This document shows, piece after piece, positions 10,401 to 19,957 of a DNA stretch of 64,000 nucleotides (within the stretch, counting starts at the first letter, position 1; each line of letters starts with the position of its first letter). Below the pieces are notes generated by a model. That model ran no database searches. It was not told the DNA's origin and saw only the letters and a list, made by a program, of their open reading frames with translations. Both the position numbers and the translations under genes were made by a program. Source of the DNA: a virus; IMG/VR virus record IMGVR_UViG_3300042904_000196, positions 10,485 to 74,484 of that record. One strand, written 5' to 3'.

Positions 10401-10811
10401 GATCCGGGTTTCTGGTGGTTCAGTAGCGGTGGCTCGGGTGGAGGTACAACGCATTTTTACGGGCGTGTGGTAAGTGCCACACTCGTACCCGGCCACAACG
10501 CTAAGTGGAAATACACCCTCACTAAAATTGATAAAGATGGGTGGCTTGAAGATGGGGCATCCGTTGATCTTGTAGGTGAACACGCTCAAACGTTCACTAA
10601 CTGTTACAATATTTGGGAAGCCAATAACCCGTCCGTAGGTTACGGGGCTATGGGCTGTGGAATGTACATTAGCTCGGCACAGTTTGCTGCCGATGAAAAG
10701 ATGTTACCGGTTGTTGTTAATACCATTGTTGAAGTGCGTATAACAACCGACTGTAATGATGTTGTGCGTTGGAATTTCACTGGCATGAATCGGCCTCCGG
10801 AGTGTTCATAA
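7425..10811 (+). CDS. Tail tip/hub protein
   Basis: 1128 aa; N-terminal hub-like region (FRGRV...W; WPLVFG); position after distal tail genes. Confidence 0.7.
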   Translation: MSMVRFNLPGEAIALRAQEPMILVQVNWPGAGQRFYADRDYGVWKGRVINFSGIVSEKTRDSSGNVSQCNIILDDFDSEIKVIVDLVSTEGAEAYIYHQYKDGSQNELFRGRVTNLTWDEGQRQASFEVVSVIESLQVGFMATEDDTLDPNNEVAIGKQWPLVFGKVAHVPAVLAQTCPRGKLQDAIHLTPTLSKIYQMVGGGTSTTDYPKGVELLKETDVARIVDAPMVEGSVEVTELKKFRVKESKRFRHNTDIILSIGGVLFGGKFLISDNTHADYDVFTVAMPNLPKFYDVLFAARQVGKDYDNPKVAWLKDSNIDLSGCYVYVKYTQTYRDPETHTVKSREMIDENICVRQEGLKCWFKYPFKMKTCPGALESEINPEWGLPTQNSSLVAVYNIARNGMVIEIEAFVNEMKERLEGLRKDIRTNEAGIKSPYSPLLRQLDMMQFVKNAFWSAHAGSLVIEWVPVTGDIYVANATESDEVHAVHALRTMPNGEQVLTAVPKSFYTVNTSRNVNVEEPFTCTTIEFNRPLDSYDLNFDASEIFVTLTSSVGSNTANIIRWLIETYTGYDVDEISFDAVEAMVEQYPSNFAYFNNVDALSLIKEIAWQARCAIITDNEFVKIRYLSAVPVTQGLITESNVEFGNLELSTTPVDFIYTQLKANYQTSYDPTVVFPLRLIYSNNIDLYGLREQEVDFYIYNHPALIRKSMQFWGVRLSNSWRFLRLKSFTNLMNLEVFDAVTATFFTGIVPGSNTLGTIEATRFDPVNTSVDLTVWLSAIAGTTNQHAYAWLDEGLDEEYVNEADKYTETDVCLFYTIDKLDINETMREFRKMEMGSYSLGKIVGVDSVRPTRKRVLVYNRGPFRPPQPVKYVWMWDTTPHHDLKIGDWVQCQSGQDGIDYTTKYELPVHLAKVVSYGAGKYTLELVRPYDGPNNVWPWRVEENARGSEASAPAETIEAYNLAEIGKENAGELEPDTLVAVHHAANDTQTDNDPGFWWFSSGGSGGGTTHFYGRVVSATLVPGHNAKWKYTLTKIDKDGWLEDGASVDLVGEHAQTFTNCYNIWEANNPSVGYGAMGCGMYISSAQFAADEKMLPVVVNTIVEVRITTDCNDVVRWNFTGMNRPPECS

Positions 10812-13357
10812 TGCGTTGCCTATGCAGGTACATTTTGGCTACAAACTGTGATGGACCCGGTAGTCCGCCAACAGTCTATGTAACACTCAAAGCCCTTGAG
10901 GGTATTGTTACGGAGAAGTGGTTCGGCCTTCAAACGAAGGATGGATTCTGGTGCTACAGCATCGATCCTTCCGATCCTTCGGTATGCGAAACACCGGCCA
11001 ATGCTGTAATCATTCGGACCTTAGGAAGTGTTACGCTGTATGACGACTGTGACTGTGCTCTCGGTGATCCCCATGCTTACCCTCGCGGGTATGTGATACC
11101 GGGACAGAAAACAGGCGATCCGATTTTAGGTGGTACGGGCGGTACCCCGGTTCCGGGAAACACTGGAAACGATGGAACCGGGGTGCCTGCACTGGGTATT
11201 GAAGGTACACCTTGCGATGATACCTTGGACAATCCCCCGGAAGTGTGGGGTGTCATCCTTGGAACGACCACAGGATCGGTGGTCTACAGGGTTGGTCGTT
11301 GGTGTTACTCGTTTGACTTAACCGATACGCCGACGACGATCCCCGGAACGGCCATGAAAATCTGGCTCACCAACAACGATCAGACATGTGAAGAATGTGT
11401 TTTCGGTATCCCGGTCGAGTATTGCGGACGTGGCGGAGCAAGCAATGTCCCGCTCTTTGTTCACATTCCCGACGCACCTGCAACGGAAATGTTCTTTGTC
11501 TATAACGGGGCCTGTGTCCGGTTTGATCCGGACCGGGCTCCCGAGGTTGTACCCGCTACGGGTCGCTTTGTGACTCCGAGGGACGAGTACACCGATTGTG
11601 AGGATTGTGATTCCGGAATCATTTCGACTCCTTGCTCAGGCCAAGATAGTAACTATCCTAAGCTATGGGTACGGGAGCCGTATATTCCTTTGGAAGATTG
11701 TGTTGACCGGGTTAGTGGTTACTTAATGCATTTTAATGCCGAGGGTACACGGGTTGCAAAACCCGCTAACTATGTCGATTACATTCCCCGAAGAGACTTT
11801 GAGACATGCGACGATGCTCGTTGCGGTGTAAAACGCAAAGGCAAAGGGAAGCAGTGGTACATCTGTCCGACGTTTGCAGGTAAGGAATACGTTAAGAATT
11901 TTTGGTCCATCGAGGAAGATATTCCTGATTTGGATACAGCGTATTTCAGGGTCATTAACAACGTCCCTTACTACATGCCTGCCGGACCCTTGCACGAGTT
12001 GCCGAATGATGCCAGAATCATTGCGGTGATTGCAGAGTACGAAGATTGTATTGAAGCCATCGACGACGGGAGTAACTTTCCAACCGATCCTGATGACGAT
12101 GATGATAATGATAGACCTGACGACGATCAGGACGGTGATCCTGATGCCGATGAAGACGAGGATGAAGATGGTACACCGGATGGGCCTCCCGGTGGTCCGG
12201 GTACCGGCGGTGAAAACAACGGCGGTGAAGACGATTCTGATGATGGCAATGAAACGCCTAATTCGTATTGTCAAGAACATAAGATAGCGTGCTACAATAA
12301 AACACGCGATTGTTTCGATGGAAGTATCCTCAATTGCAGGATGCCAAACATCAAACGTGGTTCCGTTGCACACCTGAACAACGATGAATGTTTTGAATCC
12401 ATTGCCCATAACGGTGATCTGTTGCCGAGTTGCTTCGATGCCGGGCAACCACTTGAGGGCCTCGCGGTTGCTTATACGGCTTCGTCGTGTACATCGTGCA
12501 AGCCACCCAAGAGGTGCTATACGTCGTGGAGGTTCCAGTGTGACCCGCCCACCATGACGTACCTTGCAACATACTGTAGCGATAGTGACCTTAGCACAGA
12601 CTGGGTTCCAGATGGCGACGATTTCATTAAGTTCGTTCAGGGTGGAGTATGTAACTTAACGTCGCATTGTCAGACACCTTCGTCTGATCCGCCTTTGGCT
12701 CCGCCTGCGAACCCGACACATCTGTGCCCGAAAGATTGCTATGTGCAGTGGAAGTACGATTGCCAAACTGAGGCCATAACGGTTGTCAGCAAAACGTGCA
12801 CGGCAACAGATTTGACTAGTGACTGGACCCTCGTAGGTGAACACTTCTACAAGACCGTAAAGGGTGCAACGTGCAGCGTTGACGGAGACTGTGTCGATGG
12901 CACGACTCCGAGTCCGCCTGTTTCGGTTGTCGGGTGTGCAAACTGTGCATGTCCGGGTGCGGTGTTCATGGAAGACATTACGATCAGCCCGGATGGATCG
13001 GTTGAATACTTCAATGGTGGTGCCCCGCTACCTGCGGGCAATTATCGATTGTGTTATTTGAGCGGTGGTTACTTTCATACGCCCTCAGGTGAATATACCC
13101 TTGGCGATGAAACTGATTTTGAAACAACCTCAGCGTTCTTCCCTGCGGCTGGTACGCGAAGCTGGGGCGGTAGTTTCGGCAGTAACCACGCATCGATGGC
13201 TGCTCTTGAAGCCTATCACCGTGACCCGGCTAACATACCGTGTGAATGTTTCGTTGGAGATGATTCCGGAATCGGTTATATGCAGTTTGTTTTGGCCAAT
13301 GGCGATTATGCAGACTACTCAGGTACCTGCGTGTTCAGATTGTGGAGTTGCGACTAA
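10811..13357 (+). CDS. Cys-rich repeat protein with acidic linker, putative tail fibre/adhesin
   Basis: ATG 10811 overlaps the upstream TAA (TAATG); repeated YxxCxxC modules, D/G/P-rich linker and duplicated C-terminal modules. Confidence 0.6.
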   Translation: MRCLCRYILATNCDGPGSPPTVYVTLKALEGIVTEKWFGLQTKDGFWCYSIDPSDPSVCETPANAVIIRTLGSVTLYDDCDCALGDPHAYPRGYVIPGQKTGDPILGGTGGTPVPGNTGNDGTGVPALGIEGTPCDDTLDNPPEVWGVILGTTTGSVVYRVGRWCYSFDLTDTPTTIPGTAMKIWLTNNDQTCEECVFGIPVEYCGRGGASNVPLFVHIPDAPATEMFFVYNGACVRFDPDRAPEVVPATGRFVTPRDEYTDCEDCDSGIISTPCSGQDSNYPKLWVREPYIPLEDCVDRVSGYLMHFNAEGTRVAKPANYVDYIPRRDFETCDDARCGVKRKGKGKQWYICPTFAGKEYVKNFWSIEEDIPDLDTAYFRVINNVPYYMPAGPLHELPNDARIIAVIAEYEDCIEAIDDGSNFPTDPDDDDDNDRPDDDQDGDPDADEDEDEDGTPDGPPGGPGTGGENNGGEDDSDDGNETPNSYCQEHKIACYNKTRDCFDGSILNCRMPNIKRGSVAHLNNDECFESIAHNGDLLPSCFDAGQPLEGLAVAYTASSCTSCKPPKRCYTSWRFQCDPPTMTYLATYCSDSDLSTDWVPDGDDFIKFVQGGVCNLTSHCQTPSSDPPLAPPANPTHLCPKDCYVQWKYDCQTEAITVVSKTCTATDLTSDWTLVGEHFYKTVKGATCSVDGDCVDGTTPSPPVSVVGCANCACPGAVFMEDITISPDGSVEYFNGGAPLPAGNYRLCYLSGGYFHTPSGEYTLGDETDFETTSAFFPAAGTRSWGGSFGSNHASMAALEAYHRDPANIPCECFVGDDSGIGYMQFVLANGDYADYSGTCVFRLWSCD

Positions 13358-13959
13358 TGCTTATCAAAGAGGATTATCTAAAGGACATGTGGGGTAAGCT
13401 TTGGCGTGCCAAACATACTCCACTATCTGAGCGTGATGGCTTTGTTGAGTTCTCCGATAGCTACGAGCCAGCGGCGAAGCTGGTTGGTCTAAAGGTTGAT
13501 CCGCTGCCTGCGGACGCCTTGCAGGTGCCCCTAGACAAACTGCAAGAAACGGCTAAGGTAAGTAGGAAAGGCTACCTTAATACCATCATCAAAAAGGCCA
13601 TCAAAGTAACCGATACGTATGTTATACTCCGTGAAAAGGATTACCACGAACTGAGCAAACAGTTCGGTATACCCGTGGGTACACGACCCAAGATCGGCGT
13701 AGGTGGAGCCATGAAAGCTGCCTATGCCATAGCGACCTCGAAGGTTGTACCTCTTGAAGTCTACGATGAGCGGCAAGCGGTTTGTCGCGAATGTTCCTAT
13801 GCACGGAAAGATGATTCCGGAATCTTTTGCGGTGTTTGTGGCTGTGCTGTTTTGCGTGAGAAGAAAGCCATTGTTAATCTGGCTAAGTACGAAGAAAACT
13901 TACCCCACTGGGGGTGCAAGCACCCTGAACGAAGTAAGGGTAAAGGCTGGCTACGATGA
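13357..13959 (+). CDS. Hypothetical protein with C-terminal Cys-rich Zn-binding domain (DUF6171-like)
   Basis: TAATG coupling; RQAVCRECS...CGVCGC...K...GCKHP...W. Confidence 0.55.
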   Translation: MLIKEDYLKDMWGKLWRAKHTPLSERDGFVEFSDSYEPAAKLVGLKVDPLPADALQVPLDKLQETAKVSRKGYLNTIIKKAIKVTDTYVILREKDYHELSKQFGIPVGTRPKIGVGGAMKAAYAIATSKVVPLEVYDERQAVCRECSYARKDDSGIFCGVCGCAVLREKKAIVNLAKYEENLPHWGCKHPERSKGKGWLR

Positions 13960-14741
13960 AAGCTATACTGCTCATTGTGTGTCTGTTACTGGGCGGTTGT
14001 TCACAGGCGGCCAAGAAAGAATTCTTGGCAACCATGAATCAACTGACTATTGCTAAGCGTGAAGTGCCCAAGGTTGTGGAATCTATCAAAACAGGTCAGA
14101 AAGCTGTTAATGAAATTCCTAACCTGATAAAATCTATTGATCCGGTTATCCGCTCCAGTGTTGAGTCCAAGATCAATGAGGCGAATGTCTCATTTGATGC
14201 GGGAATCAAAGCCAGTGAGGATCTGCGGTTAGCCATTGACGAGGCTATTGTTTCTTCAGGTAACGATGCTAAGGTCATTGAGGGGCATGTAGCTACCATT
14301 GTGAAGCAGAAAGAAGCCTTACAAAATGATACGTTAAAACGTAACATCGAGAAAGGCTCCTACGTTGCCCTCTTTGCCGGGATTGTTTTGATTATTGCGG
14401 GGTTCGTACTCATTACGCGACTAGGACCCATTGCAGGCTGGCTTAGAGACATCGGGTTTGTGCTATTCGGTGCCGGGCTCTTTGGAGCTATGCTTGCCTA
14501 CTACTTCGTTGAGATACGTTTGCTGTTACTCGGCATAACACTATGCGTCGTGGTAATAGCTTTGATTCTGGTATCAATTAAGGTGTTTCATTATAAGAGG
14601 GCCGGATATTCGATTGTTGGTTCCGTAGAAAAGCTTTTCAATGAGGGCTTTCTACAGAAGACACCTGATGTGCTTGCTACGCTTAAAAAGTCGCAGAACA
14701 AAGCTGCGGCCAAGTTAGTCGACCGCTTTCAAGGCAAATAA
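13956..14741 (+). CDS. Lipoprotein with coiled coil and three C-terminal TM helices, candidate lysis/spanin protein
   Basis: Signal peptide with lipobox LGGC; helical middle; three hydrophobic segments; last gene of the late operon. Confidence 0.5.
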   Translation: MKAILLIVCLLLGGCSQAAKKEFLATMNQLTIAKREVPKVVESIKTGQKAVNEIPNLIKSIDPVIRSSVESKINEANVSFDAGIKASEDLRLAIDEAIVSSGNDAKVIEGHVATIVKQKEALQNDTLKRNIEKGSYVALFAGIVLIIAGFVLITRLGPIAGWLRDIGFVLFGAGLFGAMLAYYFVEIRLLLLGITLCVVVIALILVSIKVFHYKRAGYSIVGSVEKLFNEGFLQKTPDVLATLKKSQNKAAAKLVDRFQGK

Positions 14742-14779
14742 AAAAGGCCCCGGATACCGTAAGGTGTCCGGGGCCTTTT
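14741..14779. terminator. Bidirectional intrinsic terminator
   Basis: AAAAAGGCCCCGGATACC-GTAA-GGTGTCCGGGGCCTTTT between convergent operons. Confidence 0.9.
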
Positions 14780-14782
14780 GCG

Positions 14783-14905
14783 TTATAGGAAGATCGTTAG
14801 GAAGTAGGCGACACCGCCTATGCACGTGAAAAGCAACACAAGATAAATCAGCGTCAATATCCACTCAAAGAACGAGGATTCATTGTCGTCGTCATAGTCG
14901 ATCAT
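14783..14905 (-). CDS. 40-aa single-TM membrane peptide
   Basis: MIDYDDDNESSFFEWILTLIYLVLLFTCIGGVAYFLTIFL; ATGA overlap with the upstream gene; below the ORF-track cutoff. Confidence 0.55.
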   Translation of the reverse strand: MIDYDDDNESSFFEWILTLIYLVLLFTCIGGVAYFLTIFL

Positions 14906-15132
14906 TCAAAATCCTTATGCACGATACGCGGGAAGATAGCTTGCTCCTGCAAGATAGCAATAGATATCCCAAGCCACTGCTTCGGGATAAGTTGTTCCTG
15001 CGGAAAAAACGAGCGAATCTTACCGTAGAGACTTTGCGTCCAAACCTCAAGAATCATAATAAATAGTGGTGCACGGTATTCACCCTGCTCTGATTCCGCA
15101 ATCATTCGAGCTTGTGCCCACGTAATCATCAA
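14902..15132 (-). CDS. Hypothetical protein
   Basis: Overlap-coupled ORF in the leftward operon. Confidence 0.55.
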   Translation of the reverse strand: MMITWAQARMIAESEQGEYRAPLFIMILEVWTQSLYGKIRSFFPQEQLIPKQWLGISIAILQEQAIFPRIVHKDFE

Positions 15133-15767
15133 TTACCCATATACATGGTTAGCATTTTCTTATACACAGCAATAGTCGTCAAACAGTCACCCAAGGCATC
15201 GTGCGATTTGGGATTATCGATGGAAAGCTGCGAAGCAAGGTATTTCAAATTCACCTTGGGGAAGGGGGGTGCAACTTCCAAAAAGGATGCACGATCATTT
15301 AGATACAGAGCAGCACACATGGTATCGCGGTAGTGGTAATCGATGCGATGGCTGTACGACTCTTCACCAAGCCAGTCAACCAAGAAATTCTTGTCGAACT
15401 GGTAGTTCTGTCCGAGCGGAGTAATTTTCTTATTGTGGGCCAACTGCAAAGAATCACACCACTCATCGAACATGTCCGCCAGCTTATACGGCTCGACACC
15501 ATGCTGCATGATGTCAGCCAAGGTGCGATTGTTCACTCCCAAGGCTTTCGGATCGGCGTTCTCAGGTCGCTTCGGTTTGATGTCGTAGACAAACGGCATA
15601 ATAAGCTTATCACCGATCATCTTTAAGACGTTCAGGTTGCTATCCAAAGGAACGATAGCCACCTGAATAATGTCGTGGTACCCGGCAACGAGGCCAGTCG
15701 TTTCAGTATCAATGGCACACAGGAGATTGCCATTGAGATGTTTCATCCTATCCATGATAGTGTCCAA
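15129..15767 (-). CDS. DEDDh 3'-5' exonuclease (DnaQ/RNase T-like)
   Basis: ExoI AIDTETTG, ExoII GQNYQFD, ExoIII HDALGD. Confidence 0.9.
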   Translation of the reverse strand: MDTIMDRMKHLNGNLLCAIDTETTGLVAGYHDIIQVAIVPLDSNLNVLKMIGDKLIMPFVYDIKPKRPENADPKALGVNNRTLADIMQHGVEPYKLADMFDEWCDSLQLAHNKKITPLGQNYQFDKNFLVDWLGEESYSHRIDYHYRDTMCAALYLNDRASFLEVAPPFPKVNLKYLASQLSIDNPKSHDALGDCLTTIAVYKKMLTMYMGN

Positions 15768-16311
15768 TCTGCTTCAAAATTTCCATAAGGTTGTTGTAAA
15801 GATCACGCAGCGTACCATTATTCTTGACAATGAAATCCCAAGGTGCATCCTCAGGAATTTCATGGTCCACACTTAGTCCTGTTCTTAGGGGAGCGGAATC
15901 CCTGTCAATGCGTATCAAAACGCCCTTGCGTTGCTTGACAGTGTTGAACTCTTCCATGAAACGGGTGTCACTGAACAGGATGATTCCGGAATCATTTAGC
16001 CCATGGAGAGCAGACCGGGCAAATGTCTCCGTATGAATTTGTCTACAGTGGTGCGTACCGAAGACGATCCAGAGTTCAACGACATTCATGTTGAGTGCTG
16101 GGATAATCTTTTTCCGTTCCTCGGGGTTCTTCTCATAGTAGTCAGCACTCTGAACACCGGCCCAACCATACAGCTTGTGGCAAGCATCCTTCAAAGGTGA
16201 TGCCCATGCTGTCTTGATACTGGGGATGTTCTTGGAACGGAAGTACGTGAGAAGCAATTCACACGCGGCGTCTTTGCCGGTGCGACTTCGTTGTCCGAAA
16301 GCAATAATCAT
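15748..16311 (-). CDS. Deoxynucleoside monophosphate kinase
   Basis: N-terminal P-loop GQRSRTGKD, ASPLK, SDTRFMEE and NNGT motifs. Confidence 0.85.
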   Translation of the reverse strand: MIIAFGQRSRTGKDAACELLLTYFRSKNIPSIKTAWASPLKDACHKLYGWAGVQSADYYEKNPEERKKIIPALNMNVVELWIVFGTHHCRQIHTETFARSALHGLNDSGIILFSDTRFMEEFNTVKQRKGVLIRIDRDSAPLRTGLSVDHEIPEDAPWDFIVKNNGTLRDLYNNLMEILKQIGHYHG

Positions 16312-16319
16312 GTTATCCT

Positions 16320-16757
16320 TTACTTGCCTGTGCTACCGAAACCGCCTTCGCCGCGTCCGGTTACAGTCAGTGTTTCCAATTCCGAAACATCACCAACACA
16401 ATGCGGGATAAGCACCATTTGTGCCACCCGATCACCGGGTATTAGGTAAGCCGTTTGGATGCCGCAATGCCACAAAGCAAGTTTCACCTCGCCACGGTAA
16501 TCACTATCAACGATATTGCTACTGCGTAGCATGATGCCTTGCTTGGTAGCCATACCACTCCGGGGAGCGATTAGGCCAAAATAACCTTTAGGGATTGCAA
16601 CAGCGATCCCGGTGGAGGCCATTTTGAATTCGCCCGGATTCATAGTAACGTCTTCGTCCAAGTAAAGATCGTACCCGGCGGCTTCCGGGGTTCCTCTCGT
16701 GGGTAGCTTAGCCGTTTCCGTTAGTCGCTTCACGTAGAGTACCAATTGACCAACCAT
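16320..16757 (-). CDS. dut: Trimeric dUTPase
   Basis: AAGYDL, PRSG, VDSDYRGE, RVAQ and RGEGGFGSTG motifs; start placed at ATG 16757. Confidence 0.95.
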   Translation of the reverse strand: MVGQLVLYVKRLTETAKLPTRGTPEAAGYDLYLDEDVTMNPGEFKMASTGIAVAIPKGYFGLIAPRSGMATKQGIMLRSSNIVDSDYRGEVKLALWHCGIQTAYLIPGDRVAQMVLIPHCVGDVSELETLTVTGRGEGGFGSTGK

Positions 16758-16920
16758 TTTGTTCCTCTTTGATTCTGAAATCATTATTGAGTTTTGGAAT
16801 GTTGACCCCGATGAACTTACCGGGCTCGTATTCAATATAACGCATATTACCAAGCTCAAGGGCGTACATAAGAATTTTCTTGTCGCCGTCTTTCAGAGAT
16901 TTGAGAATTTCTCTTAACAT
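16708..16920 (-). CDS. Hypothetical protein
   Basis: ATG coupled to the primase stop (TAATG); MLREILKSLKDG... Confidence 0.5.
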   Translation of the reverse strand: MLREILKSLKDGDKKILMYALELGNMRYIEYEPGKFIGVNIPKLNNDFRIKEEQNGWSIGTLREATNGNG

Positions 16921-19616
16921 TATTCTGCACCCGGACGCAGCCAACCCAACTTATCGACAACCCAAGGCTTGCCAGCAGGAGTCTCTGCTTTGAAGCTTAT
17001 GTTGCCGATGTAGTTTTGGCCTCCATCGAAGGTCGCCTTACCGTAGGGGTATTGTGGCGGTAAGGATTCCTTAATCTTTTTGCGGGTCCATGCCGGTACG
17101 TCTTCCGGTTCAAGGGTAAGCACAAAGCGTTCTGAAAATTCCAAGAACGAGATACTAGCTCCCTTGATTGGGAAACAGTTTTCATCAATAAAGCGTTCAA
17201 GCTCTGTCCTGTTGCCTGCTTGAACCTGAAACTTCATATCGGACATGATAACAGGCAAATTCAATCTATCATTGCTCTTGGGCAACTCTAATCGTAACAA
17301 GTCGGCCAAAAGGTCCGGGGCTTCCTTTTCAAGGAGAGGAAAAAGGTCTTTCTTAGGAATCAAATTGAGCATATCCAGTGGAGGCACATGCAACATCGTT
17401 ATCCGGGTGTCGCCGGGGAAGATTGGACAGTACCGGTGGTCATTCGCACATTGCACCCAGTGGGTACAATTGGGAACATGAAAGGGGGCCTGATACATGT
17501 GTCTAACGTTGAGATGCTTACTGGTGACCCAGTCTTTGATTCGGTTGTAAGCAACCTTATTTCCCTGAAGGTCGGTTTCTTCAACAACACATAGGACCGC
17601 ATGTTGCAACTCTCCGTTGAAGCCGCTTGAATTCGTAAGAGCCAAGTCCGCACGCTGATATCCACTTGTGACGAGAAGTGCAATAGCTTCGTGAAAAGAT
17701 GACTTTCCAGTATTTTGCTCGCCATAGAAAAAGAGATATGGGAGCGGTTCAAGAGGTTCTTTGAGAAGTGAAGCGAGCCAACATTTAAGATAATCCGCTC
17801 CGGTGGCAAGTCCGTTAGCTTGGCACCAAGGGTGAGATTTGATTGCGGAATCAATTGACTGTCCGCAATGCTGAAAGATACGGGACCATGTGGGGTAGGA
17901 GTAACTGTCTTTACCCACAGAAGGGAGGAAGCGTAACTGAGCTGCGTTTCGATTCCATTTTCTATCTCCGGGGTACTCGGGTTGAAAAGGCCGATTAACG
18001 AGTTGCCAGCAACGCATAACGGAAGCACCGAGAATATCCTTAATTTGCCCGGCGTCTTTTCCCATGTAGTTGAGGGCATCCTTAACATTGTCTTTAGACT
18101 CGTTATGCCATTCTCCGGTTTTATTGAGATACCATCCAAAGTCTTCTCCTTTTTCGGTAACCACGTGACGGAGCAAGTCGTCGGTATTTTCTACCTCGGA
18201 CTCGGTACTCGGGGTGACACTCATACGTTCTATACGTGACCAAAAACCTTTCTTCTCAAGGTAGCCTTCCATCTCTGATGGGGCATCCTTGTCGGAGGCT
18301 TCGATCTTAAAAATCAAACGGCCATCTTTGTGCTGGCTCAACATAGCGGATCGGTGTTCCAACTTTTTGGGATAGGGAATCTTGACGCCTAGGGCTTTAG
18401 CGGCTTGCTCGGCTTTGGTGACGGAGGGGAACACAAAATTGCCCTTTTCATCCTCGACGCCTGAAAACGATCTGCAAGCGGTTCGGAAGTCGGGGTCAAC
18501 ATTATAAAGACACCGGGTCCATCCAGAAGTGTCCTGATCCCATGTGGTAGCTTCGGCCACACCACGAGTATGACGCCGGATTGACCATCCGCCCTTACGC
18601 AACGGGAAAGCGAAACAGTTCTGGTCTGATCCTCGCTCGGTTCCTTGGGCAAGGGTGTCAAAGATTCCTCGCAAGCCGAGTTCACTGTGTGCCCGCTTGA
18701 GGTCGGCTGTATGACAGACGAGCATGTTCCGGTCACTGTCCCACCAGAAAAGGCAGTTTTCTTTTTGAAGCCAGACAATAAGAGCCTTATGTTCTTCATC
18801 GCGTTGGAGAATCGTTTGCTGACCACAGACAAGATCAAAGTCAGTCACCTCTTTATCATTTGATTCCGGCATCAAAGATGTCGTTGCACGCTTACGCTTA
18901 TTGGTAACAACGCCAATATGGTCTTTCCAGTTAAGCGGAACCTGCGTCAAAGGGACGCCTTCCTTAATAACTTTCAGACCTTCGGGGTTGTTCAGCATCT
19001 TGCGATGCCACACCCACATATTGCCGCCGCACGTATCCACCTTAGCGAGGAAGTCGTAGCCCGTTAAAGCGCTCAGGTGCCCCAAAATTGATCGGGCAAG
19101 GGCTGCGTGCTCAGTGTGATTACTCGTTGGTACAGGAGGATCGAGGGTGACATATAGATGTAGCCCTTTACCACCTGTAGATCGTCTGACCGTGATCCAT
19201 GGAATTGATGTGACGGCAGACTGAACGGCACCCAATTCTTCCGTGGTGAGCTTTTTCTCGTGTTTGTCAGAATGGCCTGTAATAGCGTCGAAGTCGTAAG
19301 CCACCCAACGGGAAGCGCGTTCTCGCCAATTCCAGCCAGTGAGTCCGATACCTTCAACATGCTTCTCCAAATCGAATTTGATTTCGGAATCAGTATACTC
19401 AGGTTCGCTGGCCGCGTTCCAAGGGATTCTGAAAGCCTTCCACGTGGTGAGCCCGTCAGAGTATCCCCGCCACACGCGGCCATTAAATTCACCTGTGACC
19501 ATTTCTCCGTTATCTTGTGCGACATTCACCTGACATTCCATACCTAGATTGTATGCGTCTGCCAACGGTGAATAGTGTTTCAGGAAGCGTTGTACAGCTT
19601 CACTACGTGTAGGCAT
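16920..19616 (-). CDS. Primase-helicase (AEP/PrimPol N-terminus plus SF3/D5-like helicase)
   Basis: YDFD and RRSTGGKGLHLY primase motifs; Walker A GEQNTGKS, Walker B VVEE, IFPGDTRI. Confidence 0.88.
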   Translation of the reverse strand: MPTRSEAVQRFLKHYSPLADAYNLGMECQVNVAQDNGEMVTGEFNGRVWRGYSDGLTTWKAFRIPWNAASEPEYTDSEIKFDLEKHVEGIGLTGWNWRERASRWVAYDFDAITGHSDKHEKKLTTEELGAVQSAVTSIPWITVRRSTGGKGLHLYVTLDPPVPTSNHTEHAALARSILGHLSALTGYDFLAKVDTCGGNMWVWHRKMLNNPEGLKVIKEGVPLTQVPLNWKDHIGVVTNKRKRATTSLMPESNDKEVTDFDLVCGQQTILQRDEEHKALIVWLQKENCLFWWDSDRNMLVCHTADLKRAHSELGLRGIFDTLAQGTERGSDQNCFAFPLRKGGWSIRRHTRGVAEATTWDQDTSGWTRCLYNVDPDFRTACRSFSGVEDEKGNFVFPSVTKAEQAAKALGVKIPYPKKLEHRSAMLSQHKDGRLIFKIEASDKDAPSEMEGYLEKKGFWSRIERMSVTPSTESEVENTDDLLRHVVTEKGEDFGWYLNKTGEWHNESKDNVKDALNYMGKDAGQIKDILGASVMRCWQLVNRPFQPEYPGDRKWNRNAAQLRFLPSVGKDSYSYPTWSRIFQHCGQSIDSAIKSHPWCQANGLATGADYLKCWLASLLKEPLEPLPYLFFYGEQNTGKSSFHEAIALLVTSGYQRADLALTNSSGFNGELQHAVLCVVEETDLQGNKVAYNRIKDWVTSKHLNVRHMYQAPFHVPNCTHWVQCANDHRYCPIFPGDTRITMLHVPPLDMLNLIPKKDLFPLLEKEAPDLLADLLRLELPKSNDRLNLPVIMSDMKFQVQAGNRTELERFIDENCFPIKGASISFLEFSERFVLTLEPEDVPAWTRKKIKESLPPQYPYGKATFDGGQNYIGNISFKAETPAGKPWVVDKLGWLRPGAE

Positions 19617-19957
19617 TAATTTTTCACCTTAAAAGTGTGTCCGTTCCTCAAATAGATATCACAAATGCGGGCAGCCCATGCACCCGCTATCGCGGCACGC
19701 TCAAAAGCCGAGTGCCCATGGTAAATCGAGATGAGCCATTCGGGTAATGTGATTCTGGAATCAATATGCCCGGAAATCATATAGCCAGCGTAGGCTTCCA
19801 AGGTACGCAGACTGTAGGTGTTACGGTCGTGGTCCAGCGTATAACCCTGCATAATCTGCTTAAAGTGCTCATATGTGATGAGCGTGATGCCCGATAGCCC
19901 ATCTGTTGACGATAATTGGTTGAAAACAGCTCTCTTCTCAGTCATTCGTTTTGCCAT
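19616..19957 (-). CDS. Hypothetical protein
   Basis: First gene of the leftward operon, TAATG-coupled to the primase. Confidence 0.6.
   Translation of the reverse strand: MAKRMTEKRAVFNQLSSTDGLSGITLITYEHFKQIMQGYTLDHDRNTYSLRTLEAYAGYMISGHIDSRITLPEWLISIYHGHSAFERAAIAGAWAARICDIYLRNGHTFKVKN

Noticed and set aside
12080-12260. GAT/GAC-rich low-complexity DNA as a non-coding repeat
   Set aside because: Explained by the Asp/Gly/Pro-rich protein linker
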